DNA from: an uncultured bacterium
GTDB taxonomy: Bacteria; Margulisbacteria; WOR-1; CAVSGV01
DNA length: 64,000 nt
Assembly: GCA_963768305.1 (NCBI GenBank)
Contig: CAVYHE010000009.1
Span: 1 to 64,000 of the forward strand
Direction of reading: 5' to 3'
Every line of letters begins with the position of its first letter. Positions within the stretch are counted from its first letter, which is position 1. Below, piece after piece: positions 35,408 through 47,312 of this stretch. Under the pieces are notes generated by a model, which was not told the DNA's origin, ran no database searches, and was given only the letters and a program-made list of their open reading frames with translations. The position numbers were made by a program, and so were the translations under genes.

Positions 35408-36968
35408 TTTGTTCCTCCTCATCAAGTTTATATTCAATGCTGTCTTTCAAGGGCGAGCCAGCTGGCCTCGATGACGTTGGTGGAGACGCCGACCGTCCCC
35501 CATGTCCTGTCGCCGTCTGTTGACTCGACAATGACGCGCACTTTTGCCGCGGTGCCCTCTTTTGAATCAAGGACGCGGACCTTGTAATCCGTGAGCTTGA
35601 CCTCTTTTATACCGGGAAATGGTCCTCTATGGCTTTCCTTAAGGCCCCGTCAAGCGCGTTGATCGGGCCGTCGCCGTAAGCTTCGGTTTCATGCGATTCT
35701 CCGCTGACCTTCAATTTCAGTTTTGCTTTAACCTTTGTGCTTCGTCCCCGTGTTTGACCGTAACGATATCAAAATTTTCGAACGTGAACGGCGGCTTGAA
35801 CGCCCCCAGCGCTTTCTTCACCAGAAGCTCGAATGACGCCTCGCCTTCCTCGAACTGGTATCCCTGCATGCTCAAGTTCTTTCAGCTCGCTCAATAAAGC
35901 TTTGACCTGCGGCGAATCTTTCTTGATGTCCACGCCGTAAGCCTTTGCCTTGTAGACCAGGTTGCTGATGCCGGAGAGCTCGGAAACCGTCACCCTCTGC
36001 TCGTTGCCGACAAGCTTCGGGTTTGATGTGCTCGTAAGTTGACGCATTCTTCAGTACCGCGCTGACGTGGATGCCGCCTTTGTGCGTGAAAGCTGACCTG
36101 CCGACGAAAGGCTGGTGCGCCGATTGCGGCAGGTTGGCGATCTCGGCGATATGCCTTGAAACATCCGTGAGCATCTTCAGCTGGGCGTCAGAGATGCAGT
36201 CGATTTCAGCTTGAGCTTGAGTATCGGGATAATGGAACACAGGTTGGCGTTCCCGCATCTCTCGCCGTAGCCGTTCATCGTTCCCTGGACATGCGTGCAT
36301 CCGCAATAAACCGCCATCCCGAAACCGAGACGGCGCATTCGGAATCGTTATGCGCGTGGATGCCGAGCGGTTTTTTTATTTTCTTTTTGACTTCGTTGAT
36401 GATCTTCTCGACTTCGAATGCGAGTGTTCCGCCGTTGGTGTCGCAGAGGCACAGGACATCCGCTCCGCCCTTTTCCGCGGCTTTCAAGGCTTTCAGCGCG
36501 TAGGCTTGGTTCGCCTTATATCCGTCGAAGAAATGTTCGGCGTCGAATATGACCTCTTTTCCTGTTTTTTCAGGAATGCGATGGAATCCTCGATCAGCTC
36601 GAGGTTCTCGTCCAGGCTGATATTCAGGGCGTCTTTCACGTGGAGGTCCCAGATCTTGCCGAATATGGCGACGGCGGGGTTTCTGATGCGATCATGGCCT
36701 TGAGGTTCGGGTCGTCCTCGGGTTTTACTTTCGCGCGCCTGGTGCTGCCGAAGGCGACAAGTTTGGCGTTCTTGAGCTTGACATCTCGTATTTTCTCGAA
36801 GAACTCGATGTCTTTGGGGTTGCTTCCCGGCCAGCCGCCTTCGATGTAGTGGAGGCCGAGCTGGTCGAGGAGTTTGGCGATCTTTATCTTGTCCTCAACG
36901 GTGAACGAGATGCCCTCGGTCTGGGCACCGTCGCGTAACGTAGTGTCGAATAGTTTTACCTGTTTCAT
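35404..36968 (-). pseudogene. cimA: Citramalate synthase, several frameshifts as assembled
   Basis: [61 protein letters not shown]. Confidence 0.85.
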
Positions 36969-37103
36969 TTTTTGCTCTCCAATGGGAAAATGATAATAAT
37001 AATCAACGAATTATAACACGGAAAAAGAGGGTTTTGAAACATAAAAAAACAAATTGATTCATTGAAACCGATGTCATTTCTTGTTATCATTCTTAATAAT
37101 TAA

Positions 37104-37733
37104 ATGAAATTATTCGAAAAACCCGAAGACTAAGCGCCCTCCCCTACGAAAAACTTAAAGCATATCGCTCTGAAATGCACAAAATGCAAACTGTCCAAGA
37201 CACGGACGAAAGTCGTCTTCGGCCACGGGCCCGTCCCCTGCGACCTGATGCTCATCGGCGAAGGGCCCGGCGAAAAGGAAGACCTAGCGGAGATCCGTTC
37301 GTCGGAAGAGCCGGACAGCTGCTTACTCAGATACTCGCCTCCATCAACATCGACCGCGAAAAAGACATTTACATCACTAATATCGTCAAATGCCGGCCGC
37401 CGGAGAACAGGCCCCCGAGACAGACGAGACCGAAGCCTGCTATCCGTACCTGGAAGCGCAGATAAAAATGATCAAGCCGAAGATCATCCTCCTTGCCGGC
37501 GCGCCCGCGACAAAAGTCGTCATGAAGAACGAAGAACCCATGTCAAAGATCCGCGGCAAATGGCTCAAGCTGCCCGGGACTGAAATCCACGTGATGCCGA
37601 TCTTCCATCCGTCATATCTCTTGAGGAACCGGTAAAGGACGACGGAAGCCCGAAATGGCTGACATGGCAGGACATGAAGGAAGTCCGCGGCGCGCTGGAC
37701 TTCATAAAAGAGGCAAAGGAGCTTGGAACATGA
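37104..37733 (+). pseudogene. Uracil-DNA glycosylase family 4, frameshifted as assembled
   Basis: [50 protein letters not shown]. Confidence 0.85.
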
Positions 37734-38515
37734 AAAGATTACGGCTACAGGGATACAGATGGACGTGAAAACGGGCAATTCGACGCGAACCTCGAGCGCG
37801 CGGCGAATTGCCGAAAAAGCGATGAAATAGAAGCCGGACTGATCATATTCCCGGAAATGTTCGTGACGGGATTCGATTATAAGTAATTGAACGAATCGCG
37901 AGAGAATGCTTTAACGACATCACCACTTTCCTGATGGACCTCTCTCAAAAGACCGGCTCCTTCATCGTGGGCGGCTCGATTCCGGAGCTCTCCGGGGAAA
38001 ACTTTACAACACTTCTTTCGTTTTTTCTCCCGAAAGAAAAGTGCTGGGATACAGCAGGAAGATCCATCCTTTCGCGGTGACCGAAGAAGCAAAATATTTC
38101 ACCGGCGGCGACAAGATAGCCGTGATCCCCACGCCTGTAGCAAAGCTCGGCATAAGATTTGCTATGACATCCGCTTTCCGGAGATCGCGAGAAAGTGGCA
38201 CTGGAAGGCGCGGAAATACTGATATCTCCTGCGCAGTTCCCGGCCCCGGCACCATCACTGGCACGCGCTTTTCGTGTCGCGGGCGATCGAAAACAGATAT
38301 TTATGATAGCGTGAATCGCCCTGCGTCAAACAGGGTAGGATCGACGGAAAAAATCCTGGTATTTCGGCCATTCCATGGGAGTGGACCCGTACGGCAATAT
38401 CCTCAGCGAACTGGACGATAAAGAAGACATTCTCGTCTGCGAGATAGATCTGGAAAGATGAAAGGTAAGGAAAGCCATGCCAATACTGCTGAACAGAAGG
38501 CCGGAAGTATACTGA
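37730..38515 (+). pseudogene. Carbon-nitrogen hydrolase (nitrilase) family protein, frameshifted as assembled
   Basis: IQMDV..G, IIFPEMF.TG, YSRKIHPF, ICYDIRFPE-like and GHSM..DPYG fragments, NRRPEVY end. Confidence 0.75.
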
Positions 38516-39552
38516 TGAACAATCCGAATGTTCTTTTTTCCCAAAAACTGGACATAGTCGGACTCTACGACGCGCTGAAAGTGGATTTCATCAAGAGAAT
38601 TCTCTTGTCGCGATAAAGATACATTTCGGCGAAATGGGCAACACCGCATATCTCAAGCCATTCAGGGTCAAGCCGCTCATCGATAAGATCCTGTCGCTTA
38701 AAGCCCTCGCATTCCTGACCGACGCAAATACATTATATAAAGGGACCCGCGGCGACGCGGTTAACCATCTGCAGACCGCGGCCAAACACGGCTATGACCT
38801 GAATACCATAGGCGTGCCGGTCATAATCGCCGACGGCTTGACGGGAAAAGATTATTTCAAAGTGAAGGTCGATCTGAAACATTTCAAGGAAGTGAAAATA
38901 GGGAGCGCCGCCTATAATGCCGAAAGCATCGTGGTCCTCACCCATTTCAAGGGTCACGAGCTCGCTGGTTTTGGCGGTTCCCTCAAGAACATCGGCATGG
39001 GGCTTGGTGCAAGGTCCGGCAAGCAGGAAATGCACGCTGACGTCAATCCGAAGGTCAACAAGGAAAAATGCACTGGCTGCGGGAGCTGCGCGAAATGGTG
39101 CCCGACCAATGCCATCCAGATCATTGACAGAAAAGCAATCATCGACCTAAAGAAGTGCATCGGCTGCGGCGAGTGCGTCGTCAGCTGCAACTTCAGCGCA
39201 ATAGCCATTGACTGGGGAGGCGATCCCCCCTTTCCAGGAAAAAATGGTCGAATATTTTTACGGCGTATGGAAGGACAAGAAGGATAAGATGGTATTTGTC
39301 AATTTCCTCACTGACATTTCCCCCAACTGCGATTGCTATGGCTTCACCGAACCCCCTGTCACACCCGATATCGGGGTACTCGCGTCTTATGATCCGGTCT
39401 CGCTCGACCAGGCAAGCGTCGACATGGTGAATCTAAGAGCGGTTGAAAGGATAAAATTCCAGGGAGCTCTATACCCTATGCGGACTGGAACACCCAGCTG
39501 CGTGGCCGCGGAAAAGATCGGCGTAGGAAGCAGGGAGTATCAGATAACTTAA
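38515..39552 (+). CDS. DUF362-domain Fe-S protein with 2x[4Fe-4S], frameshifted
   Basis: HFGE.GN, LTDANTLY.G.R, THFKGHE..GFGG.LKNIGMG, CxxCxxCxxxCP and CxxCxxCxxxC, ISPNCDC, DPVSLDQAS. Confidence 0.85.
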
Positions 39553-39556
39553 ATCT

Positions 39557-40268
39557 ATGATAGACCTGCTCAATGACAACGAATTCATGAGAGCTGGAAA
39601 AGGAATACAAGTTCCTGAGCCGCGCGAGGGGCGCGATCGAGGCGAAGCACGGCGAGCTGATCAAGCTGACGTATGTCGTCTTTGACCTGGAAACCACCGG
39701 CCTCGACCCCGCAGAACGACGAGATAATAGAGATAGGCGCGGTCCGGCTCGCCGGCGGCGAAGTGAAAGGCGTCTTCAACAAGCTCGTCCGGCCTGACAA
39801 AGCCCGTGCCCCCGCAGATAACGGACACACGGGCTGATCAGCCAGGACATGCTCGAGAACGAACCCGCGCTCAAGCCGGTGCTTTCGCAGTTCATGGAAT
39901 TCGTGGAGAACGCGCAAACAACTGGTCGCGCACAACGCCGACTTCGACGTCTCATTCCTTCAGGACAAACCTCAAAAAGACGCTCAACCAGGACCTCAGC
40001 AACCTCGTCGTCTGCACGCTCCTGATATCGAGGGATATTCTGCCGAACCTGGGCAACCACAAGCTGCACACCGTCGCGGGCTTTATTTCCACATCGACAT
40101 CGCCAACCGCCACCGCGCCATCGGCGACGTCGAGGCTCCCACGTACCAGATATGGCTCAATATGATCGAGAAGCTGAAGGAGAGAAATATTTTGACGAGG
40201 AAGGACCTCGAAAGCTACCTTGCTGATCTTGAACAGGCAAAGATAAGAACAGTAAAGCACCGTTTTAA
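39557..40268 (+). pseudogene. DEDDh 3'-5' exonuclease (DNA Pol III epsilon/PolC-like), frameshifted as assembled
   Basis: YVVFDLETTGLDP, IIEIGAV, VAHNADFD, HRAIGDV fragments. Confidence 0.8.
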
Positions 40269-40272
40269 ATTC

Positions 40273-40424
40273 AGAGGAGCTAGACGAGCTAGGGGTGAAA
40301 GAGGTTAAGAGGAGAAGAGGTGTTAGAGGCAAAGAGGAAATTATTATAATGTTTCACCTTCGCTTCTTCCGCTTCTCATCCTCTTTACCTCTTCTCCCCT
40401 CTCGCTTCTAGCTCCTCTAGCTCT
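40273..40424. repeat. Long imperfect inverted repeat with purine-rich and pyrimidine-rich arms
   Basis: AGAGGAGCTAGA (40273-40284) is the exact reverse complement of 40407-40418; arms are built of AGAGG-type units. Confidence 0.7.
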
Positions 40425-40471
40425 TTTCCCCATTTGTGGTAATATTATTCTAAAGAAACGAGGCTGACAAC

Positions 40472-41467
40472 ATGGATTTCATTCAAGACACCTGGAGTAA
40501 AGCTAGAAGATTAAACAAGACGATAATCCTTCCCGAAACGGAAGACGTCAGGATAATAAAGGCCGCGGAGATAATCACACGAAGCCACCTTGCCAACATG
40601 ATCCTTATCGGAGAGGAAGAAAAAGTCAATGAATTTCCGCCAAAGTAGCGGCGTGAACCTTTCGAGGATGTCGACAAAACGATCGATCGCCTCAATTGCT
40701 TGATGGCTACATTTCCGAATACCACAAACTGCGCGAAGCGAAAGGAATGACGGCGGAAGAAGCGAAGAAAGTAATATCGCGAGGACTACACTTTCTTTGG
40801 CGCGATGATGGTGCGGTCCGGCGAGGCGGACGGAATGGTGACGGGCGCGGATGCCCCCACGGCGCACACGATCAAGGCGACAGTCCACTGCGTCGGGATG
40901 GCGCCGGGCGTCAGCCTGATATCAAGCTTCTTCGCGATGATCACGCCGAAAAAAGAATTCGGCGTCGACGGCCTGCTCTTCTACGCGGACTGCGGAGTTA
41001 ACCCGAACCCTACATCTGACCAGCTCTCCGACATCGCGATATCAACGGCCGATTCTTTCAGGAAACTTGTCGGGCGCGACCCGAAGGTGGCGATGCTCTC
41101 TTTCTCCACAAAAGGCAGCGCGGCGCATCCGGACGTGGATAAGGTGGTCAAAGCGACTGAAATTGTAAAAGCGAAGAGGCCGGAACTGATGGTGGACGGA
41201 GAATTCCAGGCGGACGCGGCGCTCATACCGGCGATAGGCAGAAAAAAGGCCCCGGAGCAGCAAGTTGCGGGCAAAGCGAACATCCTGATATTCCCTGACC
41301 TCGACGCCGGCAACATCTGCTACAAGATAACCGAGAGGATCGGCGGAGCGACCGCGCTCGGCCCGATACTCCAGGGCGCGGCAAAACCCATCAACGATCT
41401 CTCCCGCGGATGCAGCGCCGACGACATAGTCAACATCACCGCTATCACCGCCATCCAATGCCTTTAA
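40472..41467 (+). CDS. pta: Phosphate acetyltransferase, N-terminal frameshifts
   Basis: IILPETED.RII.AA, GEADGMVTGA, YADCGVNPNP, VAMLSFSTKGS, DGEFQADAA, FPDLDAGNI.YK, PINDLSRG. Confidence 0.92.
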
Positions 41468-42801
41468 CAAAAGACCTCGCCAAACAGCTGGTCCGGGACG
41501 CAAAAAAAAGGACCGACGAAGCTGAAGTTTATGCGACCACGGCAAAACATCTGAATATAGACGTTATCGACCAAAAGATAGAATCGGTCGATAACGTGAC
41601 CGAAGGCGGTTTAGCGCTGAGGATCATCGAGGACAAAAAACTCGGATTTGCGTACACCGCCGATATTCACGAGGAAGCCGTAGATGCGCTCATTAACCAG
41701 GCGATAGAGAATTCCAAAAGCTCGCTTCCCGACGGATCCATCGGATTCCCCTTTCCGAAACAGCAGAACGCTCAGATGGTGCTGGTCGAAAAAGACATTG
41801 AAGGAACAAAATTATCGGACAAAATAGCTCTCGCGATGAGATGAAAAGGTGGCTCATTCGTTCGATAACAGGGTCAAAAAGACCGAAAAAGTTATCTATA
41901 CGGACTCCGTTACTACCACGATGATCATAAATTCCAAAGGTATAGATGTCCAATACGAAAAAGCCGTCTGCGGAGCGGCGGCAGATGTCATAGCCGAAGA
42001 AGGCTCCATGATGGAAAGCGGCTCGTGGATGAAATTCGCGGCATCTTTAAAAGAGATAGATCCGGATAATATCGGGGAGGAAGCCGCAAGACGCGCCGTA
42101 ATGATGCTCGGCGCGAAGCAGGAAAAAAGCGGAAGAGCGCCTGTCCTGCTTGCGCCATATGCGGGTTCTATAATCATTTCCGCCCTCTTCCCTGCCCTTT
42201 CGGCCGAGTTTGCCCAGAAAGGAAAATCGCTTTTCATCAGCGCGATGGACAAGCGTGTCGCATTTCATAAATTCAACCTCATCGATTCCGGTGTCATGAA
42301 AGGCGGCGTATCTTCGGTGCCTTACGATGACGAAGGCGTCCCAACAGGCGAGACAATCATCATTAAAGACGGCAATTTAAAATCGTTCCTTCATAATTCA
42401 TATACAGCGGAAAAGGCCGAAAGATGTCAACTGCAAAGGTTTTAGGGGCTCATATATGTCTTTGCCGGAGATACAGCCGACCAATTTGTATGTTCGGCCG
42501 GGTTCCGTGTCCCAGGCTGAAATAATAAGCGGAATGTCAAAAGGGTTCCTTGTGACCGGGATCATGGGCGCTCACACTATCAATCCGATAACCGGGAGAT
42601 TTTTCAGTCGGGTTTTCGGGATCATTCATCGACAACGGTAAAATATCCCATCCTGTCCGGGGAATGACGATTGCGGGGAACATGCTTGATGTACTAAGTC
42701 ATATTGAGGATATGGGAAGCGACCTTATGTTCTTTCTGCATGGAGGCAATATCGGCTCTCCATCCATCCTTATCCGGAGCCTGTCTGTCAGCGGGATCTG
42801 A
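41458..42801 (+). CDS. pmbA: TldD/PmbA family protein, frameshifts near 41840, 42420 and 42600
   Basis: AEVY, GLALR..KKLGFAY, PYDDEGVPT, IKDG.L..FLH, NPITGDFS, MTIAGN, SPSILI. Confidence 0.85.
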
Positions 42802-42861
42802 ATTAGGGTACTTAAGGATCCTGATAAAACCTCTATAAATGTCCCCAGATCATTTATTATA

Positions 42862-43553
42862 TTAAGTGTAATGGAGGGAGGAACTTTCTGACGGCTCACC
42901 TGTTTCCATTTTCGATCCATTTTGGTTGAATATTTCCCATCTGATCCGTTCAAGGCGGTCCATCCCCAACAATTCAATGTTTTTCATGTCGATCGCTTTC
43001 TTGAAATAAAAGATATATTTGGAGAAATTAGATTCGGGTTTAATGATGAACGAATCATAAGTGTCCCAGTTCGCTTCTTCGGTATTAACTGCATCATAGA
43101 TACAGAACGTGGGGAGGGTGATAGATGCCGACACATTTGCCCTTATTCCGAGCAATATCTGCTGCAACAGGTGTGAAAACGCGTCAAAATGGCACCAGTT
43201 ATACATCCCCCCAATAAGCACATAATCGGTCGCCTTCTACCTTCGGAATAAAATATTTCACATTTCTTTCAAAATAACTGCGGACCAGTGTCCCGGCATG
43301 AAAACATTTTAAATATGACGGGAATTGAGCATGCGTGTGCTCATAAATATGGTCGAAACTGACGGCTCCCATGATAGCTCTCGCGGGCTGAAGGCAAACG
43401 GCTTTGTTGTCGTATATGTGGATATTTTGATATCCCGTATGAACGGCGATAAGCGTCCGCCCTTTCTTCAATGACCGCCGGCAAAACAAAATTAGCCGCG
43501 GTCATGCGCCTTACTTGTTGAACAACAGGAAACACCTTTTTTATCCCGAACAT
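42862..43553 (-). CDS. Hypothetical protein, fragmented by frameshifts
   Basis: AGGAGG SD before ATG 43553; overlapping ORFs 43341-43553, 43199-43489 and 42862-43221. Confidence 0.5.
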
Positions 43554-44094
43554 CTAACTGTCCTCCTGCTATTTATCGGCAAAAAAAGGAACTAGATGAA
43601 CTCGCCTGATTTAACATGAAAATTTGCAGGCTTTCCAAGGAAAAAGAGCAGTCTGAAATAACTGCCTTCTGTAACCCGGCGGTGAAATTTCTGATTTTAT
43701 TATCTGGTATTTTACCCACTTGAGATTTCTTCCCCTTCTATTTGGTCGGAATTCCGGAAAATATTTGCGAACCCAAGATTTGTCCGTATCGCAGGACTGC
43801 AATCTTCCTCCCCCAGTTTTTTATGAACTTTCATGCTTCTGGCAAGCAAAGAATTAATATCATTTATAATGCCGATCCCGTTATCCAGAGCACATGTTTC
43901 GACTATCTTCTCATCGAAAGCCCAAGACCCTTTTATGCTTATTCGATTTATTATAAATTCGCCTCCCCGTCCGTGCATAGCCATATTTAGCATCAGCTCA
44001 TGAACAGCTATATGTTGGGTTTCGTTTAATATTAAACTGGAATTTGAAAGGCTGTCTCGACAGCGGCTTTACAGATGATAAAATCTATGCCCTT

Positions 44095-45630
44095 ATGAGA
44101 ACTATAAAGATATTTGATTCGACGCTCCGCGACGGGGAACAAGCCCCCGGCGCAAGCCTGAACCGCGAACAAAAGCTTGAGATAGCAAGACAGCTTGCAA
44201 GGCTCGGTGTCGACGTTATCGAGGCGGGTTTTGCCGCATCATCCGTCGGCGATTTTGAATCAGTGAAAGAGATAGCCCAGAAAGTGAAAGGCCCCGTCAT
44301 TTGCAGCCTTTCGCGCGCGAAAAAAGAGGATATTGACGCGTCCTGGAACGCCGTAAAATATTCCGATAAGCCAAGGATCCACATATTCATTTCGACATCT
44401 CCCATTCATATGGAAAAGAAACTTGAAAAGACCCCCGATGAGGTGTTGAAGATGTCCGTTGAGAGCGTTAAATACGCCAAAAGCCTCTGCAACGACGTGG
44501 AATTCTCCTGCGAGGACGCCGGGAGAAGCGAACTCCCGTTCCTTTACAGGATAATCGAAGCCGTAATAGACGCAGGCGCCAATGTTATAAACATCCCGGA
44601 CACGGTCGGATATAAAATGCCGGGGGAACACAGCAGCATCATCAGGAACATCGTGAAGAACGTGCCGAACATAAATAAAGTTGAACTCTCTGTCCATTGC
44701 CATAACGACCTTGGCCTTGCGACGGCAAATTCGCTCACCTGCATACCCGAAGGCGTAACTCAGATCGAATGCTGCATGAACGGCATCGGAGAGCGGGCAG
44801 GCAATGCTTCTCTCGAAGAAGTCGTAATGGCGATCGAGACCAGAAAAGATTATTTCAACGCTAAGACGAACATAAACACAAAAGAAATATATAAAACTTC
44901 GCGACTTGTCAGCAATCTTACCGGCATGATAGTCCAGCCGAACAAAGCTGTTGTCGGATCTAACGCTTTTGCGCACGAATCCGGCATACACCAGCACGGT
45001 ATGCTTAAAGATAAAAGAACATACGAGATCATGGATGCCGAGGCTGTCGGCATAACCGAATCAAAACTTATTCTCGGCAAGCATTCAGGGAGGGCCGCTT
45101 TTGTTAACCAATTGAAAAAGCTGGGATTTATCCTCTCAAAAGATGAGATCGAGAAGGCTTTTGTTGAATTTAAGGCCCTGGCAGACAAGAAAAAAGATAT
45201 TTCCGACAGGGATATAGAGGCGATCGTGAGCGATGAGGTGCTCGTGATCCCCGAAACTTTCACTCTTAAGTCGCTTGATATAAGGGCCGGTACGGTGAAA
45301 AAGCCGTCGGCGACCGTAGTTATCAAGCATAAAGGGAAAACCATCAAGGCCACGGAAACTGGCGCAGGGCCGGTTGATGCTGTATACAAGTCGATACTTA
45401 AATTGACGGGAGCAAAGATAAAGCTTGTTGATTACGTCATTCAGGCGATAACCGGGGGAACGGACGCGCTCGGTGAAGTGATGGTGAGGATAAGCGACGG
45501 GACCGATATTTTTTCAGGCCATGGATCGGACACGGATATACTTGTTTCTTCCGCCAAGGCTTACCTTAACGCGATAAACAAGCTTTCGCACAGGAAAGAA
45601 CTGAAAAAAACCGCTATTGCTCGACTGTGA
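44095..45630 (+). CDS. leuA: 2-isopropylmalate synthase
   Basis: FDSTLRDGEQAPG, IEAGF, INIPDTVG, SVHCHNDLGLA, GIGERAGN, NAFAHESGIHQHG, GPVDA. Confidence 0.96.
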   Translation: MRTIKIFDSTLRDGEQAPGASLNREQKLEIARQLARLGVDVIEAGFAASSVGDFESVKEIAQKVKGPVICSLSRAKKEDIDASWNAVKYSDKPRIHIFISTSPIHMEKKLEKTPDEVLKMSVESVKYAKSLCNDVEFSCEDAGRSELPFLYRIIEAVIDAGANVINIPDTVGYKMPGEHSSIIRNIVKNVPNINKVELSVHCHNDLGLATANSLTCIPEGVTQIECCMNGIGERAGNASLEEVVMAIETRKDYFNAKTNINTKEIYKTSRLVSNLTGMIVQPNKAVVGSNAFAHESGIHQHGMLKDKRTYEIMDAEAVGITESKLILGKHSGRAAFVNQLKKLGFILSKDEIEKAFVEFKALADKKKDISDRDIEAIVSDEVLVIPETFTLKSLDIRAGTVKKPSATVVIKHKGKTIKATETGAGPVDAVYKSILKLTGAKIKLVDYVIQAITGGTDALGEVMVRISDGTDIFSGHGSDTDILVSSAKAYLNAINKLSHRKELKKTAIARL

Positions 45631-45853
45631 TGCAGGTAAGTGTCCTGGCCACAAAACCTGTCGCCTGTATCTTTTTCACTATCATCTCTCCCAGCGATTT
45701 CAGGTCTGGCGCTTCAACAAAAGCTATCACGTCATATGGGCCGGTCACAAGATGGATCGTCTGGACGCCTTTCATGCCCTTCGCCATATTTACGAGGTCT
45801 ATTCCTTTACCAGGCAGCGCTTCCATCAATATGTAAGCTTGCGTTTGCTTCAC
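45614..45853 (-). CDS. Stand-alone Lrp/AsnC ligand-binding (RAM) domain protein
   Basis: AYILM...PGK..HLVTGPYDVIAFVEA..IQ...V.RTLTCI; GGAGG SD. Confidence 0.85.
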   Translation of the reverse strand: MKQTQAYILMEALPGKGIDLVNMAKGMKGVQTIHLVTGPYDVIAFVEAPDLKSLGEMIVKKIQATGFVARTLTCITVEQ

Positions 45854-47312
45854 TTTTCATCCTCCTTTTCGGCTTTGCCGGTAACTTAGATCCGGCTTTT
45901 TCATAAAGCTCGATGTATTTTTTCGCTGAAGCATTCCAGGAATAATCCAGCCCCATGTCATGCACCGCCAGGGCTTTCCATTTTTTCTTGTCTTTATAAG
46001 CTTCAACCGCCCGCCTGATCGCATCCAGGAGCGCTGAAGCAGTGTACTCTTCAAAAACGAATCCGGTCTTGCCGTCTATGACCGTATCAGCGAGCCCTCC
46101 CGTTTTGCGGACGATCGGCACCGTCCCGTATTTATAACTGATAAGCTGTCCAAGTCCGCACGGCTCATATAGCGATGGCATAAGGAACATGTCGGAACCC
46201 GCGTATATCAGCTGAGCCAGGGCCGCATCAAAACCGAGGTTCAATCCGAGGTGCTCGGGATATTTTTTCTTCATTTCCTTGAAAAGCTCATGATACTTCG
46301 GTTCACCTGTCCCCAGAAGGATGATCTGAAGTTTCATCTGCATTATGCTTTCTATGTCCTGCGCCAGAATGTCAAAACCCTTCTGATCGGCAAGCCTGGA
46401 TATGATGCCGATAACCGGAACATCGATCTGAGGAAGCCCGTTCCTTGACTGCAGAACTCTCTTGTTCTCCGCTTTTAACGGGAACTTTTTCGGGCTGAAT
46501 TTAGCGGGTATGTGAGGATCTATTGCGGGATCCCAGAGCTCGTAATCGATCCCGTTCACAATGCCGTATACATCTTTTTTCCTGGCCAGCAGAAGGCCTT
46601 CAAGCCCGTGACCGAATTCGGCGGTCTGGATCTCGCGGGCATATTGCGGAGAGACTGTATTGATCACATCCGCGTAAACGAATCCGGCCTTCGTAAGTGC
46701 TATCTTGCCGTAAAATTCAAGCGATTCGGAATTGAAATATTCCGGGCCAAGCCCGGTAACGGGTAGCTGGTCGGCAGGAAATGTTCCCTGATATCCCATA
46801 TTGTGGATCGAATACACCGTCGCAGAATGCGAAAAGAAAGGATCATCTTTATACAGCGTTTTCGCGTACATTACGATAAGCGCGCTCTGCCAGTCGTTCG
46901 CGTGTATTACGTCCGGCTGCCAGCCGATCTTTTTAATGACTTCCATGGAGGCCCTGCAGTAAAAAGAGAATCTCTCGCAGTTATCGGGATAGTCAACTCC
47001 CTTGTCCTGGTATAACCCTTCACGTCCGAAATATTTTTCATTGGCAATGAAATAAACAGTGACATCCGTCCCCGGGATCACTCCTTCATAAACGTCGGCG
47101 AGCTCTTTCCTTCCGGCCACTTCCACCTCTATCCCGTCGTAGATCTTATCAAGGTCGAATTTCCCGCTGTCCACCATCTTGTATTTTGGCATTATCACTT
47201 TTACATCATGGCCCAGGGAACGTAAAGCTTTCGGCAAAGCGCCCGCAACATCCGCCAGTCCTCCCGTTTTTGCGAAAGGAACGACCTCCGCTGAAGCGAT
47301 AAGTATCTTCAT
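45807..47312 (-). CDS. glgA: Glycogen synthase (GT5)
   Basis: EVVPFAKTGGLADV, HANDWQ, IHNMGYQG, ISRLADQKG, MPSLYEPCGL, TGGLADTV. Confidence 0.96.
   Translation of the reverse strand: MKILIASAEVVPFAKTGGLADVAGALPKALRSLGHDVKVIMPKYKMVDSGKFDLDKIYDGIEVEVAGRKELADVYEGVIPGTDVTVYFIANEKYFGREGLYQDKGVDYPDNCERFSFYCRASMEVIKKIGWQPDVIHANDWQSALIVMYAKTLYKDDPFFSHSATVYSIHNMGYQGTFPADQLPVTGLGPEYFNSESLEFYGKIALTKAGFVYADVINTVSPQYAREIQTAEFGHGLEGLLLARKKDVYGIVNGIDYELWDPAIDPHIPAKFSPKKFPLKAENKRVLQSRNGLPQIDVPVIGIISRLADQKGFDILAQDIESIMQMKLQIILLGTGEPKYHELFKEMKKKYPEHLGLNLGFDAALAQLIYAGSDMFLMPSLYEPCGLGQLISYKYGTVPIVRKTGGLADTVIDGKTGFVFEEYTASALLDAIRRAVEAYKDKKKWKALAVHDMGLDYSWNASAKKYIELYEKAGSKLPAKPKRRMKSEANASLHIDGSAAW

Noticed and set aside
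43611..43993. Fragment resembling a histidine-kinase-like ATPase (NMAMHG..ALDNGIGI)
   Set aside because: Short, frameshifted and without a clear start; not enough to call.
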